Shown: one piece after another, positions 1 to 10,057 of the stretch
Layout: every line of letters starts with the position of its first letter
How positions within the stretch are numbered: the stretch's first letter is position 1
Origin: an uncultured bacterium
Lineage (GTDB): Bacteria; Oederibacteriota; PGYV01; CAWJRG01
Length of the DNA: 64,000 nt
Assembly (NCBI GenBank): GCA_963845185.1
Contig: CAWJRG010000010.1
Location: 544,001-608,000, forward strand
Direction: 5' to 3'
Position numbers and translations under genes: made by a program
Notes under the pieces: model-generated
The model's database searches: none
The model's input: the letters and a program-made list of their open reading frames with translations, nothing else
Told to the model about the DNA's origin: nothing

Positions 1-38
1 ATTATTTGAAGTTTATAAAATTTAACTGTACATTATTG

Positions 39-1187
39 CTATAATTCCATTTTCTCAAAAACCTCGGAATATATCTTATTCCACGAAAGCCCTGACGCGA
101 ATTCAATAGCGTTTTTAAGGCATTTCTTGTAAAACTCATCATCACTTAGAAGCTTAATGCTTGCTTTTGCCACTTCTTCCCTGTTATATTTGCATACAAT
201 CCCCATTGGCCTCGCCTTCACTTCCTCTGCTATCCATGCCACGTCTGTAATGACTATCGGCAGGCCACAGCCCAGATATTCCTTTGGCTTTGTCGGGTCG
301 GCAAAATATGTGTAGTTATTTGCGTCATCAATATAAGGCGCCATGCCTAACCTGTGATGGGGTATGAATTTAAACAGCGAATCATGATCCATTAATCCCA
401 TGAATTTCACATTATCTTCGAGTTTAAGTTTCTTCACCTGGTCCCGCAGGTTTTGCTCATAAGGGCCAGTACCTATTATGAGCAGCTCAGCCTCATTCAC
501 TTCCTTTGTAATATCCTGCATCGCTTCGATTAAAAGCTGCACTCCTTTTGTCTCGTCGAGCATGCTCATGAGTATCATTGTCTTTTTTTTCAGCTTCTCC
601 TCAACCGTAAATTTATCGACTTTGTCAAGCTCAATGCCCACAGGTACGACAAGGTTATTGCTGCCTTTCAGCTTGAATTTTGTGTTTTTGGCGTCTGCTA
701 TCCTTTTTGAGAGCGACCATATATAATCGCTGTGCCTGCAGGCAAATCCGTCTATGGCCTCATATAAAAAATTAAATACCGGGTTTTTAAACCGCCGCGG
801 AGTATGGTCTATAATATAGTAAACAACCTTGCCTACTTTTCCGAATTTTTTCATGATTATGCCCGTAAGCGTGTTCAGGTTGTCAACGCCTAAAAACAGG
901 TCGATTTTTCGTTTTTGTTTGTTGATAAACCCCATATTAAAAAACATGTCTTTTAGCCATTGCAGAAGCTGGTTTTTGCCGCGTTTATGGCCTTTTTCCT
1001 GTTTATCAAGTACGCCATTTTTATAGTAATTAACCTCAGTGCCCTGCATTTTGGTGTAGGAAAACGGATGTGTTATATATATGAATTCTCCGGTGTTAGC
1101 CGTCAGGTAATTGCGTAAAGCCTGTACCGGGCCATAAACTTCAGTCACGTGCCCGACTTCCACGATGAATTTGTTTTTTAAGTCCAT
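39..1187 (-). CDS. Glycosyltransferase family 4 (GT-B) protein
   Basis: 382-aa ORF; C-terminal GT-B motifs KGVQLLIEA, LLIIGTGP, PTKPKEYLGCGLPIVITD. Confidence 0.85.
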   Translation of the reverse strand: MDLKNKFIVEVGHVTEVYGPVQALRNYLTANTGEFIYITHPFSYTKMQGTEVNYYKNGVLDKQEKGHKRGKNQLLQWLKDMFFNMGFINKQKRKIDLFLGVDNLNTLTGIIMKKFGKVGKVVYYIIDHTPRRFKNPVFNFLYEAIDGFACRHSDYIWSLSKRIADAKNTKFKLKGSNNLVVPVGIELDKVDKFTVEEKLKKKTMILMSMLDETKGVQLLIEAMQDITKEVNEAELLIIGTGPYEQNLRDQVKKLKLEDNVKFMGLMDHDSLFKFIPHHRLGMAPYIDDANNYTYFADPTKPKEYLGCGLPIVITDVAWIAEEVKARPMGIVCKYNREEVAKASIKLLSDDEFYKKCLKNAIEFASGLSWNKIYSEVFEKMEL

Positions 1188-1224
1188 TTGTAATCACCCA
1201 TATACTTTTCTAATTTTAAATCCT

Positions 1225-1311
1225 GTGTCTATGTATCGTTTCTCAGTTTCTGTGCCTCTGCGTCTCTTAGTCTTAAAACTAAGAAACAAAGAGACTGTAA
1301 GACTTAGAAAC
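1225..1311. repeat. Degenerate 8-nt periodic inverted repeat
   Basis: GTTTCTCA GTTTCTGT GCCTCTGC GTCTCTTA followed by complementary units AAAGAGAC TGTAAGAC TTAGAAAC. Confidence 0.55.
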
Positions 1312-1328
1312 TTTTTTATCTGCCGTAT

Positions 1329-2981
1329 TCAGTCTTCCATTTTTTCCAGCCGCCTTATGCCCATTTCAAGCGTAGCGGCTATAATTATAATCGAAACAAA
1401 AATAATAAGCAAAAAATTCATTTTATAATTTCCAACAAAAAACTTTTGACCTTTCATGAAACTGTATAAGTAAAAATCCCTGACAGGCCCTGCTTCGAGC
1501 CACAAAACTCCGCCTATAAATATCGACGTCACGAACATGTAAATCAGCCCCGGCGCTCCGGTGATAAATTCCTCGGCGTTTTTTATGTTAAATTTTGCAA
1601 AGTATGCGCCGAAGCCAACGCCGGCGCCCGCTACTACAACTGTAATAAAAAATGCAGAAAATACCGTCATATTCCTTATAAATACGTCTGTTTTTAAAAT
1701 TTTGACCGATATAAAAGCCACTGCCTGTCCTATTATTACAAGCGGCAGCGAGTATAACAGGAATTTATAAAATATATATTTTCTGATTGAAAAAGGTGCT
1801 GCCTTTAATATCCAGAAAGCCTGCCCCTCTATGCTGATGACAGGCAAAACAAGCCTTGAACCTATTGCTGAAAGCACAAATCCCACAAATCCGATATTTA
1901 AAAAATAAATCAGGTTTTTCAGGCTGAATAGGTCACCAGGAAGCTTCAGCATATTGAAAAGGTAAATGCTCACAAGTCCCACTAAAAAGATTATCTGTAT
2001 CCATTGTGATGTGTCCCTTATGAAATATTTCAGGTCCTTTACTATCTGGGCGTAAAAAATGCTTTCCTTTTTATAGTTGTAAGCTGTCATTGGTTTTTCC
2101 TGAGTATATATGTCTTTCTTGCCGTAACCTTCAAAATATAAGAATCTTCCCATTGTTACCACAATGAAAAAAACTATTACGGCCGCCGCGGAAAAACCAG
2201 CGAAAAAAACCAGGGAATTGATGACGCCATAAGATGTGATATTTTGTATTATTTTTATAAGCCAAGTGTGCGGTAAAAAAATGCTGTCGCTCGTTCTTAG
2301 GTTTCTCACAAAATCCATTATTGCAGTATCCGAAAGGTTTGAGCCGGTTATCTTTTCGGGCTGCAATGCCCTGAAATATATTATTATAAATACCATGAAG
2401 AGTCCGCTTAAGACCACGGCAATGTTGCGCACATTTTCAGCCGGGAAAAATTTTACCAGTAGCATGGTGATTATTATACCTGCCGAGGACAGTAATATAA
2501 AAAATGGTATATGGCTCAATAAAATCATGGCAAATTTTGCTGTGCTTACATGGAGCACTTTTCCATAAGCCCCGAAAATAGGTATGCTCATTATAAATAT
2601 CATCCAGCAGGCGTTAAAAATAATTTTTAAATATTGCATTGTAAAAATATCCTCTATTTTCATCGGCATACTGAAAAGGAAATCCATATCCCTGCTTAAA
2701 TAAAGTATGGATATTGATGCCACTATGGAAGACAAAACCGTCATTATTGAAAAGGCCATGAATATGGAAGACAGTATCTTGTTTACCAGGAAACCCCCGA
2801 TTATGGGAGCCGAATAGAAATTTTTAATGATAAAATAAAACAGCTGGTATATGAGCCAGAAAAAAGCCGAGGCAAATATCAAAACCATTACAATGCGGAT
2901 TATATCGCGTGGTGTAGGGCTCTTAAACGTATTTTTAACCTGGGTGAAATAAAACTTCAAAAGCCAGCTCAAACCCTTCAT
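1329..2981 (-). CDS. Putative ABC exporter permease (multi-TM)
   Basis: 550 aa with many hydrophobic segments in two halves; start overlaps the stop of the ABC ATPase. Confidence 0.8.
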   Translation of the reverse strand: MKGLSWLLKFYFTQVKNTFKSPTPRDIIRIVMVLIFASAFFWLIYQLFYFIIKNFYSAPIIGGFLVNKILSSIFMAFSIMTVLSSIVASISILYLSRDMDFLFSMPMKIEDIFTMQYLKIIFNACWMIFIMSIPIFGAYGKVLHVSTAKFAMILLSHIPFFILLSSAGIIITMLLVKFFPAENVRNIAVVLSGLFMVFIIIYFRALQPEKITGSNLSDTAIMDFVRNLRTSDSIFLPHTWLIKIIQNITSYGVINSLVFFAGFSAAAVIVFFIVVTMGRFLYFEGYGKKDIYTQEKPMTAYNYKKESIFYAQIVKDLKYFIRDTSQWIQIIFLVGLVSIYLFNMLKLPGDLFSLKNLIYFLNIGFVGFVLSAIGSRLVLPVISIEGQAFWILKAAPFSIRKYIFYKFLLYSLPLVIIGQAVAFISVKILKTDVFIRNMTVFSAFFITVVVAGAGVGFGAYFAKFNIKNAEEFITGAPGLIYMFVTSIFIGGVLWLEAGPVRDFYLYSFMKGQKFFVGNYKMNFLLIIFVSIIIIAATLEMGIRRLEKMED

Positions 2982-3697
2982 TTTTCATCTGTAAGCTTGA
3001 AAAATATCTCTTCAAACTTTTTTTCCTTGTTCCTTGATTTTATTTCCTTTACGCTTCCTTCTTCTATCAAAACACCCTTGTCTATTATGCCGACTTTTGT
3101 GCATACCTCTTCTGCCGTATCGAGTGAATGCGTGGACATAAATATGGTCATGCCGGATTTCGCGAGTTTTATAAATTCGTCTTTTAGTATGCGCATACTT
3201 TTGGGGTCGAGTCCGACCATTGGCTCATCAAGAATGAAAACATCCGGCGAATGTATCAAAGACGCTACTATTAAAAGTTTCTGGCTCATGCCGTGCGAAT
3301 AACCCTGTATGAAATTGTTCATAAAGCCGGCAATGCCGAAAATTTCCGCGTACTTGTCAAGCAGTCTTTTGAAATCTTCCCTGCCAACTCCGTATAGATT
3401 TCCTATAAATTTTATGAATTCAATGCCCCTTAGTTTCTCAAACATGTAAGGTTTGTCCGGTATCAAGGCTATTTTCTTTTTATACTCAACCGGGGTTTTT
3501 ACTATGCTTAAATCCCCCATTCGGACATCGCCCTTATCTATTGTAATAAGCCCTGACATCATTTTTATTGTTGTCGTTTTGCCGGCGCCATTTGGTCCCA
3601 AAAACCCGAAGATTTCGCCCTTTTCTATTTGCAAATTAAGGCTGTTTACCGCCGTAAAATTGCCGAATTTCTTGGTTAAATTCTCGATTTCTATCAC
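2978..3697 (-). CDS. ABC transporter ATP-binding protein
   Basis: Walker A GPNGAGKT, signature-like YSHGMSQK, Walker B FILDEP, H-loop STH. Confidence 0.95.
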   Translation of the reverse strand: MIEIENLTKKFGNFTAVNSLNLQIEKGEIFGFLGPNGAGKTTTIKMMSGLITIDKGDVRMGDLSIVKTPVEYKKKIALIPDKPYMFEKLRGIEFIKFIGNLYGVGREDFKRLLDKYAEIFGIAGFMNNFIQGYSHGMSQKLLIVASLIHSPDVFILDEPMVGLDPKSMRILKDEFIKLAKSGMTIFMSTHSLDTAEEVCTKVGIIDKGVLIEEGSVKEIKSRNKEKKFEEIFFKLTDEK

Positions 3698-3721
3698 TGG
3701 TTTCCTCCGTTGCTGCCTTAA

Positions 3722-4894
3722 CTATTCCGGCAATTTTACCTGCTCGTCTTTTCCTGTTTCAATCTGCTTTACCGTGGCTTCGACTGCGTCAATTTTTTTG
3801 GATGTGTCGGCATATGCAGTCTTCGCGTTTTCTATATGCTTGCCGAGAATCGAAAACTTCTCTTTGACGTCGGTTATTTTGCCCTCGAGAGTCGAAAGGG
3901 TTCTTAATATTTTTTTTGCCTCTTCCTCTATTTTCATGCCTTTAAAACCCATTGATATGACCGCCAAGTAAGCGTAAAAAGAATTCGGCGAGACCGGCAC
4001 TATCCTTGCTTCCCTCGCCGCGGCCATTACCTCCGAACTTTTCATTATTTCATAATACACGCTTTCCGCAGGCACAAACATAAAGGCAAGGTCAAGGGTT
4101 TTATCCGGTATTATGTATTTTGATTTTATGCTGTTTATGTGCTTTTTTGTCTGGCTGTAAAAATTTTTCATGGCGTCTTCCCGTTCCTTTGGGTCCAGCG
4201 ACTCGTCCGCCCCCTTTTTATAATCTTCAAGCGGGAATTTGCTGTCTATGCACAGTATTCCTTCCTTTAAATATATGACCGCGTCCACAATATTGTTTTT
4301 GTCTATATTTTTCTGCATTTCAAATTTATCAACAGGTATTATCTGCGATATTATTTGCTGCAGGGTGAACTCGCCGAAATTCCCTCGCAATTTCGGCGAC
4401 GCGAGTATATCGGACAAACCCTTGATATCCTTTCCGACTTCTATGACTGTATTTACGCTGTCGTTTACCCTCGTGAATGTCTCGGCTATTTTCTGGAAAT
4501 CCTCGCTTGAACGCTCTATTGACTTTGTGAGCTTTGCCTCAACATTTTCCCTTATTTTTTCAAGATTTTCTTCGCTTGACTTCTGCAGTTTTTCGAATTT
4601 ATCTTCGAGCGTTTTTGAGACGGCATCAAGCGTATCCTTTATTTCCTTCCTGCCGCCGGAAAGGGAGTTATGAATACTTGCCTGAACGTCGTTGAATATC
4701 TTCAGCATGGCTTCTTTATTTTCTTCCCTTACTTTTCCAATCTCGGATGTAAGCACGCTGTTAAGTGAGATTATATTTTTATTTATGTTGTCAAGATGTA
4801 CCCCCGAGGAAGCATCCGGCCTGTTTTTAAAAAGCATAAGTATTATCAGGGCTATCGCCACTATAACCAGCCCCGTCAGCACGTAAATTACCAT
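3722..4894 (-). CDS. rmuC: DNA recombination protein RmuC family
   Basis: N-terminal TM, coiled coil, RGNFGE, IDSKFP, AFMFVPAESVY, VSPNSF motifs. Confidence 0.9.
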   Translation of the reverse strand: MVIYVLTGLVIVAIALIILMLFKNRPDASSGVHLDNINKNIISLNSVLTSEIGKVREENKEAMLKIFNDVQASIHNSLSGGRKEIKDTLDAVSKTLEDKFEKLQKSSEENLEKIRENVEAKLTKSIERSSEDFQKIAETFTRVNDSVNTVIEVGKDIKGLSDILASPKLRGNFGEFTLQQIISQIIPVDKFEMQKNIDKNNIVDAVIYLKEGILCIDSKFPLEDYKKGADESLDPKEREDAMKNFYSQTKKHINSIKSKYIIPDKTLDLAFMFVPAESVYYEIMKSSEVMAAAREARIVPVSPNSFYAYLAVISMGFKGMKIEEEAKKILRTLSTLEGKITDVKEKFSILGKHIENAKTAYADTSKKIDAVEATVKQIETGKDEQVKLPE

Positions 4895-4897
4895 ATT

Positions 4898-5641
4898 CTA
4901 TTCACCCTTTATTTCTTTTTCAATTTCCTGCTCAATGTCGTCTGTAATGAAAAACTTCTGCCTGAATCGTTTTATTATTGCCGGGATAAAAAAGGAAAAA
5001 ATAAAAAGTAAAAAAGGCAGTATTATGTCAGGCCTGAAAAAATCACCAAGCTGCTTATGGTGCAGCAGCAGGTCTTTTATCGCGCCCACAAAAAATGTGA
5101 TTACTACAAGTCCTGGTATTATGCCTACAAAAGTTGACCAGAAAAATGATTTGAACTTTATTTTTGAGAGGCCTGCTGCAAAATTCAGGTAAGTGAAAGG
5201 CACGAACATGAGCCTTAAATAAATCAGTATGCTGAACCCGTGTTCTTCGATTTTATCGTCGAATCTTTTAAAACGCCCGCTTTGCAGGATTTTAGCCGCG
5301 AAATCCCTGAGCAGGTACCTTGCCATTAAAAAAGAAAGAACCCCGCCGATATTTGCGCCTATTATGTTAAGGAGCATGCCGTACCATTGCCCGAATACGA
5401 CGGCGCCGATTGATGTGAACACGCTGGCAGGTACAAAAAAAATAATGCTCAAAGAATAAAGCAGTATGAAAACAAATGGAGCCCAGGGGCCCAGCCTGGT
5501 CATATATGTAGAAAATTTTTCGATAAATATGTCCCTGCCCTGACTTGTCAGTAAATAATAGGAAACCGGTGAAAACTTCAGCAGATAAATGACAAGCGCA
5601 ATAAAAAATGCGACTAAAATTACCCTCAGGCCTTTTTTCAT
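4898..5641 (-). CDS. TVP38/TMEM64 (VTT/DedA superfamily) membrane protein
   Basis: Hydrophobic 247 aa; LRLMFVPFTYLNFAAGLS and TFVGIIPG motifs. Confidence 0.85.
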   Translation of the reverse strand: MKKGLRVILVAFFIALVIYLLKFSPVSYYLLTSQGRDIFIEKFSTYMTRLGPWAPFVFILLYSLSIIFFVPASVFTSIGAVVFGQWYGMLLNIIGANIGGVLSFLMARYLLRDFAAKILQSGRFKRFDDKIEEHGFSILIYLRLMFVPFTYLNFAAGLSKIKFKSFFWSTFVGIIPGLVVITFFVGAIKDLLLHHKQLGDFFRPDIILPFLLFIFSFFIPAIIKRFRQKFFITDDIEQEIEKEIKGE

Positions 5642-5647
5642 TATTTT

Positions 5648-5806
5648 TTAAATCTTTTCAAAATCCGATTTTGCGGCACCGCACTCCGGGCATGACCAGG
5701 AATCTGGTATTTGTTCGAACGCCGTGCCTGGGGCTACGCCGTTGTCCGGGTCTCCCTTGGCAGGGTCATAAACATATCCGCAAACAGTGCATTTGTATTT
5801 GTTCAT
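5648..5806 (-). CDS. Rubredoxin
   Basis: [15 protein letters not shown]...[11 protein letters not shown] at 5806 with GGAG RBS. Confidence 0.95.
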   Translation of the reverse strand: MNKYKCTVCGYVYDPAKGDPDNGVAPGTAFEQIPDSWSCPECGAAKSDFEKI

Positions 5807-5840
5807 CGTATCTCCTTGTTGTTTAGCAATTTGCTGAATT

Positions 5841-5997
5841 GTCATTGCGAGCGACCAGCAGGAGCGAAGCAATCTCGTTTTTGCCTTTAGATGCGGGATT
5901 ATTTCGTCGCTTCGGGGTAGTTTTTATATCCTCTATAACGGACATGATGTAACTACCCGTTAAAAAGTCCACTGGACTTTTTAACTCTCGTAATGAC
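5841..5997. repeat. GTCATTGCGAG...TAATGAC palindromic element with an internal two-hairpin module
   Basis: Left arm GTCATTGCGAGCGACCAGCAGGAGCGAAGCAATCTC; right arm GGGATTATTTCGTCGCTTCG..CTCGTAATGAC split by 5915-5985; relatives at 20421-20453 and 29148-29223. Confidence 0.75.
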
Positions 5998-6075
5998 ACC
6001 TAAAAAAATTTTCCAGAACACTGTTAGATTTTAAAAGAAATTTATATTCGGGATTTTTATCGTACTTTAAATATA

Positions 6076-6411
6076 TTAGATTCCTACCTGTTTTTCCGCA
6101 AAATCCCCGGCATACGGCAGCTTAAATTTATTCCCCTTATATGCCTCGTACATAAGGACTATCCATAAAACCATTGAAAAAACTATCAATAAAAGCGCTA
6201 TGAGTTGTCCAAGTATGGGTAGTATATTCACGATTGTCATTGCGATAAAAATAGGGAGAAAAGTTGCTATTGACTGCATTGCGTGAAACCTGACAAACTT
6301 ATTTTCTTTTTCTACTATGAGAAAAACGATCCCTGTAATCCAGCCCAGGGAATAGCACAACAAAGCTTCCAGATTTTGGGATATTCCCATCTGTGTTTTA
6401 TTTTCTTCCAT
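6076..6411 (-). CDS. Small membrane protein, DUF4870-like
   Basis: LLCYSLGWITGIVFL, KFVRFHAMQSI, FKLPYAGDFAEK. Confidence 0.8.
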   Translation of the reverse strand: MEENKTQMGISQNLEALLCYSLGWITGIVFLIVEKENKFVRFHAMQSIATFLPIFIAMTIVNILPILGQLIALLLIVFSMVLWIVLMYEAYKGNKFKLPYAGDFAEKQVGI

Positions 6412-6426
6412 GTTTTTACCTCCGGA

Positions 6427-6494
6427 TGTTTAAAGTCCGCTGTTTCCTGTTTAATGTTTAAAACATTAAACTTCAACCCTTCAACTTCAAACTG
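6427..6494. repeat. Heptamer (TGTTTAA/TTAAACA-like) inverted tandem repeat
   Basis: TGTTTAA-like units followed by TTAAACT/TTCAACT-like units; same pattern at 31671-31747 and 43496-43549. Confidence 0.7.
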
Positions 6495-6503
6495 GTTTTA
6501 CAG

Positions 6504-6532
6504 AATATAATCTGATTTTTTGCTTTTGTCAA
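6504..6532 (-). promoter_or_regulatory. Sigma70-type promoter
   Basis: TTGACA-17 nt-TATATT on the minus strand upstream of the DUF4870-like gene. Confidence 0.55.
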
Positions 6533-6580
6533 TATGTATTCAGTGATAATGCGTAGCGATAGGGGCTATTTGGAAGTACG

Positions 6581-6608
6581 GTAGAGACGTTTTGCAAAAC
6601 GTCTCTAC
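6581..6608. repeat. 28-bp GTAG-family REP-like palindrome (unoccupied)
   Basis: Perfect palindrome GTAGAGACGTTTTGCAAAACGTCTCTAC. Confidence 0.9.
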
Positions 6609-6713
6609 TTCTAATTATAATCCTTCCTTATGGATTGTTATTGTAAATTTAATTTTTTTTTGTTAGTTTTAAGTGAATTTTAGCCAGAATCTCGAATTCA
6701 AAGGCGGTGCCAG

Positions 6714-7820
6714 ATGAAAAAAATCAAAGTTGCGTTCCTGGGCGCAGGCGAAATATCCGACAGGTTCATAATCCAGTCGCAAAAGTTAAAAGATATTGAA
6801 ACAGCTGCAATTTATTCGAGGCATTTAAAAAACTCAAAGGCAAAAGCGAAAAAATACTGCATACCTGCCTATTATGACGATTATAATAAGATGTTTAAAA
6901 CAGAAACCCCCGATTGTGTTATTGTGACGACGCCGCATCCCCTTCACGCAAAACATGCAATAGCCGCCATGAAAGCCGGTGCGCATGTGCTCGTTGAAAA
7001 GCCAATGTCCGCTGATTTTAATACGGCAAAGCAGATAGTATTGGCTTCAAAAAGATATAAAAAACTGCTAATGGTACTCCCTTTCGACCATTATCCGAAT
7101 TACCTGAGGGCCCTTGATTTTGTGCGGGAAAAATACATAGGCAAGATAACATCCGCCCATTCCGAACTATCCTTTCCCGGTCCGCCGAGGAACAATTGGT
7201 ATTATGACAGAAAGACCGCTGGTGGCGGCGCCATTCTTGATGTAGGCTGCTATGCCCTGTCAAGGCTTGTGTCCATACTCGGCCCTGCCAAAAAAGTCTC
7301 TGCTTTTGTGAATATGATAATTCCGAAAAGAATCCTGCCAAACGGTGATAAAATCAGGCCTGACGTGGATGATAATTCCGTAATGATACTCGAATTCGAA
7401 GGCGGGATTTTCGCCACGGTAAAAGCGTCCTGGTGCCACACTTATGTTGACAACCATACTGCGATATACGGCCGAAAAGGCGCCATATTTATCAATGCAG
7501 ACAATAATCCTCTGGTTATTAAAACAACCGGAAAGGTTCAGGGCAAAAAAATTGCCTTCAGGAACCTTGACAATTGTTATGTACCGTCAAAATTTCCCGG
7601 CTTTACGCCGGATGACGACATAATGGGCAAGTTTATCGGCTGGATAAGGCAGAAAAAGCAGCCTGTGTATAACGGAGAGCAGGGGCTTCACATAATGGAA
7701 ATAATGCACAAGGCTTATGTTTCCTCAAAGACCGGTAAAGTCCAGAAAATAAATACTCCATTTAAAATGTGGTGGCCAAAAGAAAAAAGAATTCAGAATT
7801 TAAAGGAAAAATTTATATAA
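6714..7820 (+). CDS. Gfo/Idh/MocA family oxidoreductase
   Basis: Rossmann LGAGEIS, HVLVEKPM, GGGAILDVGCY. Confidence 0.9.
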   Translation: MKKIKVAFLGAGEISDRFIIQSQKLKDIETAAIYSRHLKNSKAKAKKYCIPAYYDDYNKMFKTETPDCVIVTTPHPLHAKHAIAAMKAGAHVLVEKPMSADFNTAKQIVLASKRYKKLLMVLPFDHYPNYLRALDFVREKYIGKITSAHSELSFPGPPRNNWYYDRKTAGGGAILDVGCYALSRLVSILGPAKKVSAFVNMIIPKRILPNGDKIRPDVDDNSVMILEFEGGIFATVKASWCHTYVDNHTAIYGRKGAIFINADNNPLVIKTTGKVQGKKIAFRNLDNCYVPSKFPGFTPDDDIMGKFIGWIRQKKQPVYNGEQGLHIMEIMHKAYVSSKTGKVQKINTPFKMWWPKEKRIQNLKEKFI

Positions 7821-7885
7821 TCATTGTTTTTTATATATTTGGCATTTAGTATTTCATTCTAAAACCAACAATTTAAACTCTAAAA

Positions 7886-10057
7886 TTACTTTACGTCCGC
7901 CTCATACCACAGCGTCTGGTATTTTTCGTTTATTTCAAATTTCGCCGCTGATTTGCTGCCGGTGACTGCCACTGCTTCCTTTGTGTTGCCGGTATTATCA
8001 AGCGCAAAAACACTCACTTTACCCGCGTCATATGGCAGGGTAATTTCCGCGTTTATTCCCTCGCACACGGATGGCGCCAATCCCCATTGGCTTCCAATAG
8101 TTATGTTTGAGTTTAAGGGCGGCGGAAAATCGAGCGGTTTGTCCGGGTAAATCTGCCAGACCATCTTTGTGTTTGCCACCGCGCCGGAGGCTGTAATAAG
8201 TATTTTGCCCGGGCCTTTTTTAAAATTATCCCCGTTTACAAGCGACATTGTAATCAGTGCCCAGTTCTGCATTGCCTTGCCTATCTTGAATTTAACCCCG
8301 GACAAATTAAAATCCTTGTTGCATATAAACCCGAGCAATGCCTTTTCTTTAGCCGAATTTATTTTAAAAACGCCGTCGCCGGGAGCCCATTCTATTTCCC
8401 TGGTGTCTGAAAAATAATCATCACCGGGAACTATGCTTTCCATGCTTATCGAGTTCACTGTCCCTGTAAACCCATCCGGTATTATTGCTGTCCTGTGTAT
8501 TAGCGCAGAGTCTTTTGCCACATCCTTGCTCTTCGCGTCAACCAGCACCCACTGCTGCGCAAACGGGAGCAATTCAAGCTCGTCCTGCTTTGTCAGCTTT
8601 ACTGTCGCAAGGGTTTTTGCGGTAGAGATGTCGCCGCGCCTGAAAATATATGCGGCAGGTATGAAGCTCACCATTTTCCCGGGGTGCGTGTCAAGGTCAA
8701 AAAAACCGTTTATTCTTTTTGAGCCAAATGCAGTGCTGAAGTCCGCATAAGTGTACCCGAATATCGCGTCCCAGTCCTGAAGGGCCGCGTATGCCGACAG
8801 GAATATATATGCCTCGTTTGAATAAGTGTTCGGCGCAGGATGGTTGTACTCTGAAACGCAAAACGGCTTTCCATACACCCGCCTCATAGCCAGGTCTCCT
8901 ATTGTGCCGCCGCCGAACTCGGTCACCATTGTCGCGTTCTTCTCGGACCAGTCAGTGTTGCTCCAGTCGGAATGCGGGAAAGAAGGGTGCTGCCAGTAAG
9001 CGTGCGCGTCCACCATGTCAAAGCCCGCCATCATATTCGGCGTGGAGCACCCGACTATCGTGCCCATTACAATGGATTTCATTTTCAGGTCGTCCTTGAT
9101 ATATGACCTCATTGTCTCCCAGTATTTTTCCTCTGTCGCGTACAAAAAACCAATCCAGTCGTTTAACTCTGCTTCGGGCACAGACGCCTTGTATGCAAGC
9201 ATGACTGTTTTCATGGTTTTTTCGTCAAGGCTTTGACCGCCTTTTGTAAAATCAACCCCGCCCCATGCGTCTTTTAACGCGGCGTTATTTTTGTATTTAG
9301 CTGTTAAATAATCGTTCCATTTTTTCCGGAGGTTGTCCAGTATGTCGCCCGTCACCTTGTCAAGGGTGCCTGTCAGCCATCCCTGCAAAAGCCCGTTTTC
9401 ATTTATTATTTCCACTATTGCCACTGCGGGGTCCTCGGTATAGTTTGTGCCTGTATAAGGATTTTTCCTGTTATAAAGTTTTTGCGCGTATTCCTTTTGA
9501 AGTTCTATGAGAGGCTCGTAATAAAAGCACGGTACCTGTTTTTGCTTCCATGAAAGACCGCTGATTTCGGCAGGCAGGCCGTCGCTTGTGGCAAAATCCC
9601 TGCCGCAGAGCAGGTTAAGGTCTGCGTATATTCCGTTTTCCTTTAACTGCGCGAAAAAATAATCAAGCCTGTCGAGTGAGTCAGGGTCAAGGTCCCTTGT
9701 GCTGCCTGGCTTGAATATGTAATTCTGTGACTGCATGTCCATGAGGTGGAACCTTACTATGTTTATCCCGAATTTTGCCATGCGCTTTGCTATTGCCCTT
9801 GCCTGGAACTGCTCGGGGAAGCATGATGCGCCTGTAATATCAACTCCGAAGAATTTTATGCGCTTATCTGCGGCATAAAGGTGCCCGTCCTGGCCAGCGT
9901 GTATAAACCCGGCGCTGCCTGCAGGCTTGTCATTCATCCAGCTTAGGTCAATAAAATTTTTCTCGCAGTCGTCCCACGGCAGATAAAAATCAAACGTACC
10001 AGCATTGATAACCGTGCAGAGTATTGCTGCTAATAAAACCATAAGTGTTTTTTTCAT
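7886..10057 (-). CDS. Secreted clan GH-A glycoside hydrolase (GH5-like)
   Basis: Signal peptide MKKTLMVLLAAILCTVINA; GINIVRFH, EIINEN (acid/base), DAHAYW, CVSEYN (nucleophile); GGAG RBS before 10057. Confidence 0.75.
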   Translation of the reverse strand: MKKTLMVLLAAILCTVINAGTFDFYLPWDDCEKNFIDLSWMNDKPAGSAGFIHAGQDGHLYAADKRIKFFGVDITGASCFPEQFQARAIAKRMAKFGINIVRFHLMDMQSQNYIFKPGSTRDLDPDSLDRLDYFFAQLKENGIYADLNLLCGRDFATSDGLPAEISGLSWKQKQVPCFYYEPLIELQKEYAQKLYNRKNPYTGTNYTEDPAVAIVEIINENGLLQGWLTGTLDKVTGDILDNLRKKWNDYLTAKYKNNAALKDAWGGVDFTKGGQSLDEKTMKTVMLAYKASVPEAELNDWIGFLYATEEKYWETMRSYIKDDLKMKSIVMGTIVGCSTPNMMAGFDMVDAHAYWQHPSFPHSDWSNTDWSEKNATMVTEFGGGTIGDLAMRRVYGKPFCVSEYNHPAPNTYSNEAYIFLSAYAALQDWDAIFGYTYADFSTAFGSKRINGFFDLDTHPGKMVSFIPAAYIFRRGDISTAKTLATVKLTKQDELELLPFAQQWVLVDAKSKDVAKDSALIHRTAIIPDGFTGTVNSISMESIVPGDDYFSDTREIEWAPGDGVFKINSAKEKALLGFICNKDFNLSGVKFKIGKAMQNWALITMSLVNGDNFKKGPGKILITASGAVANTKMVWQIYPDKPLDFPPPLNSNITIGSQWGLAPSVCEGINAEITLPYDAGKVSVFALDNTGNTKEAVAVTGSKSAAKFEINEKYQTLWYEADVK

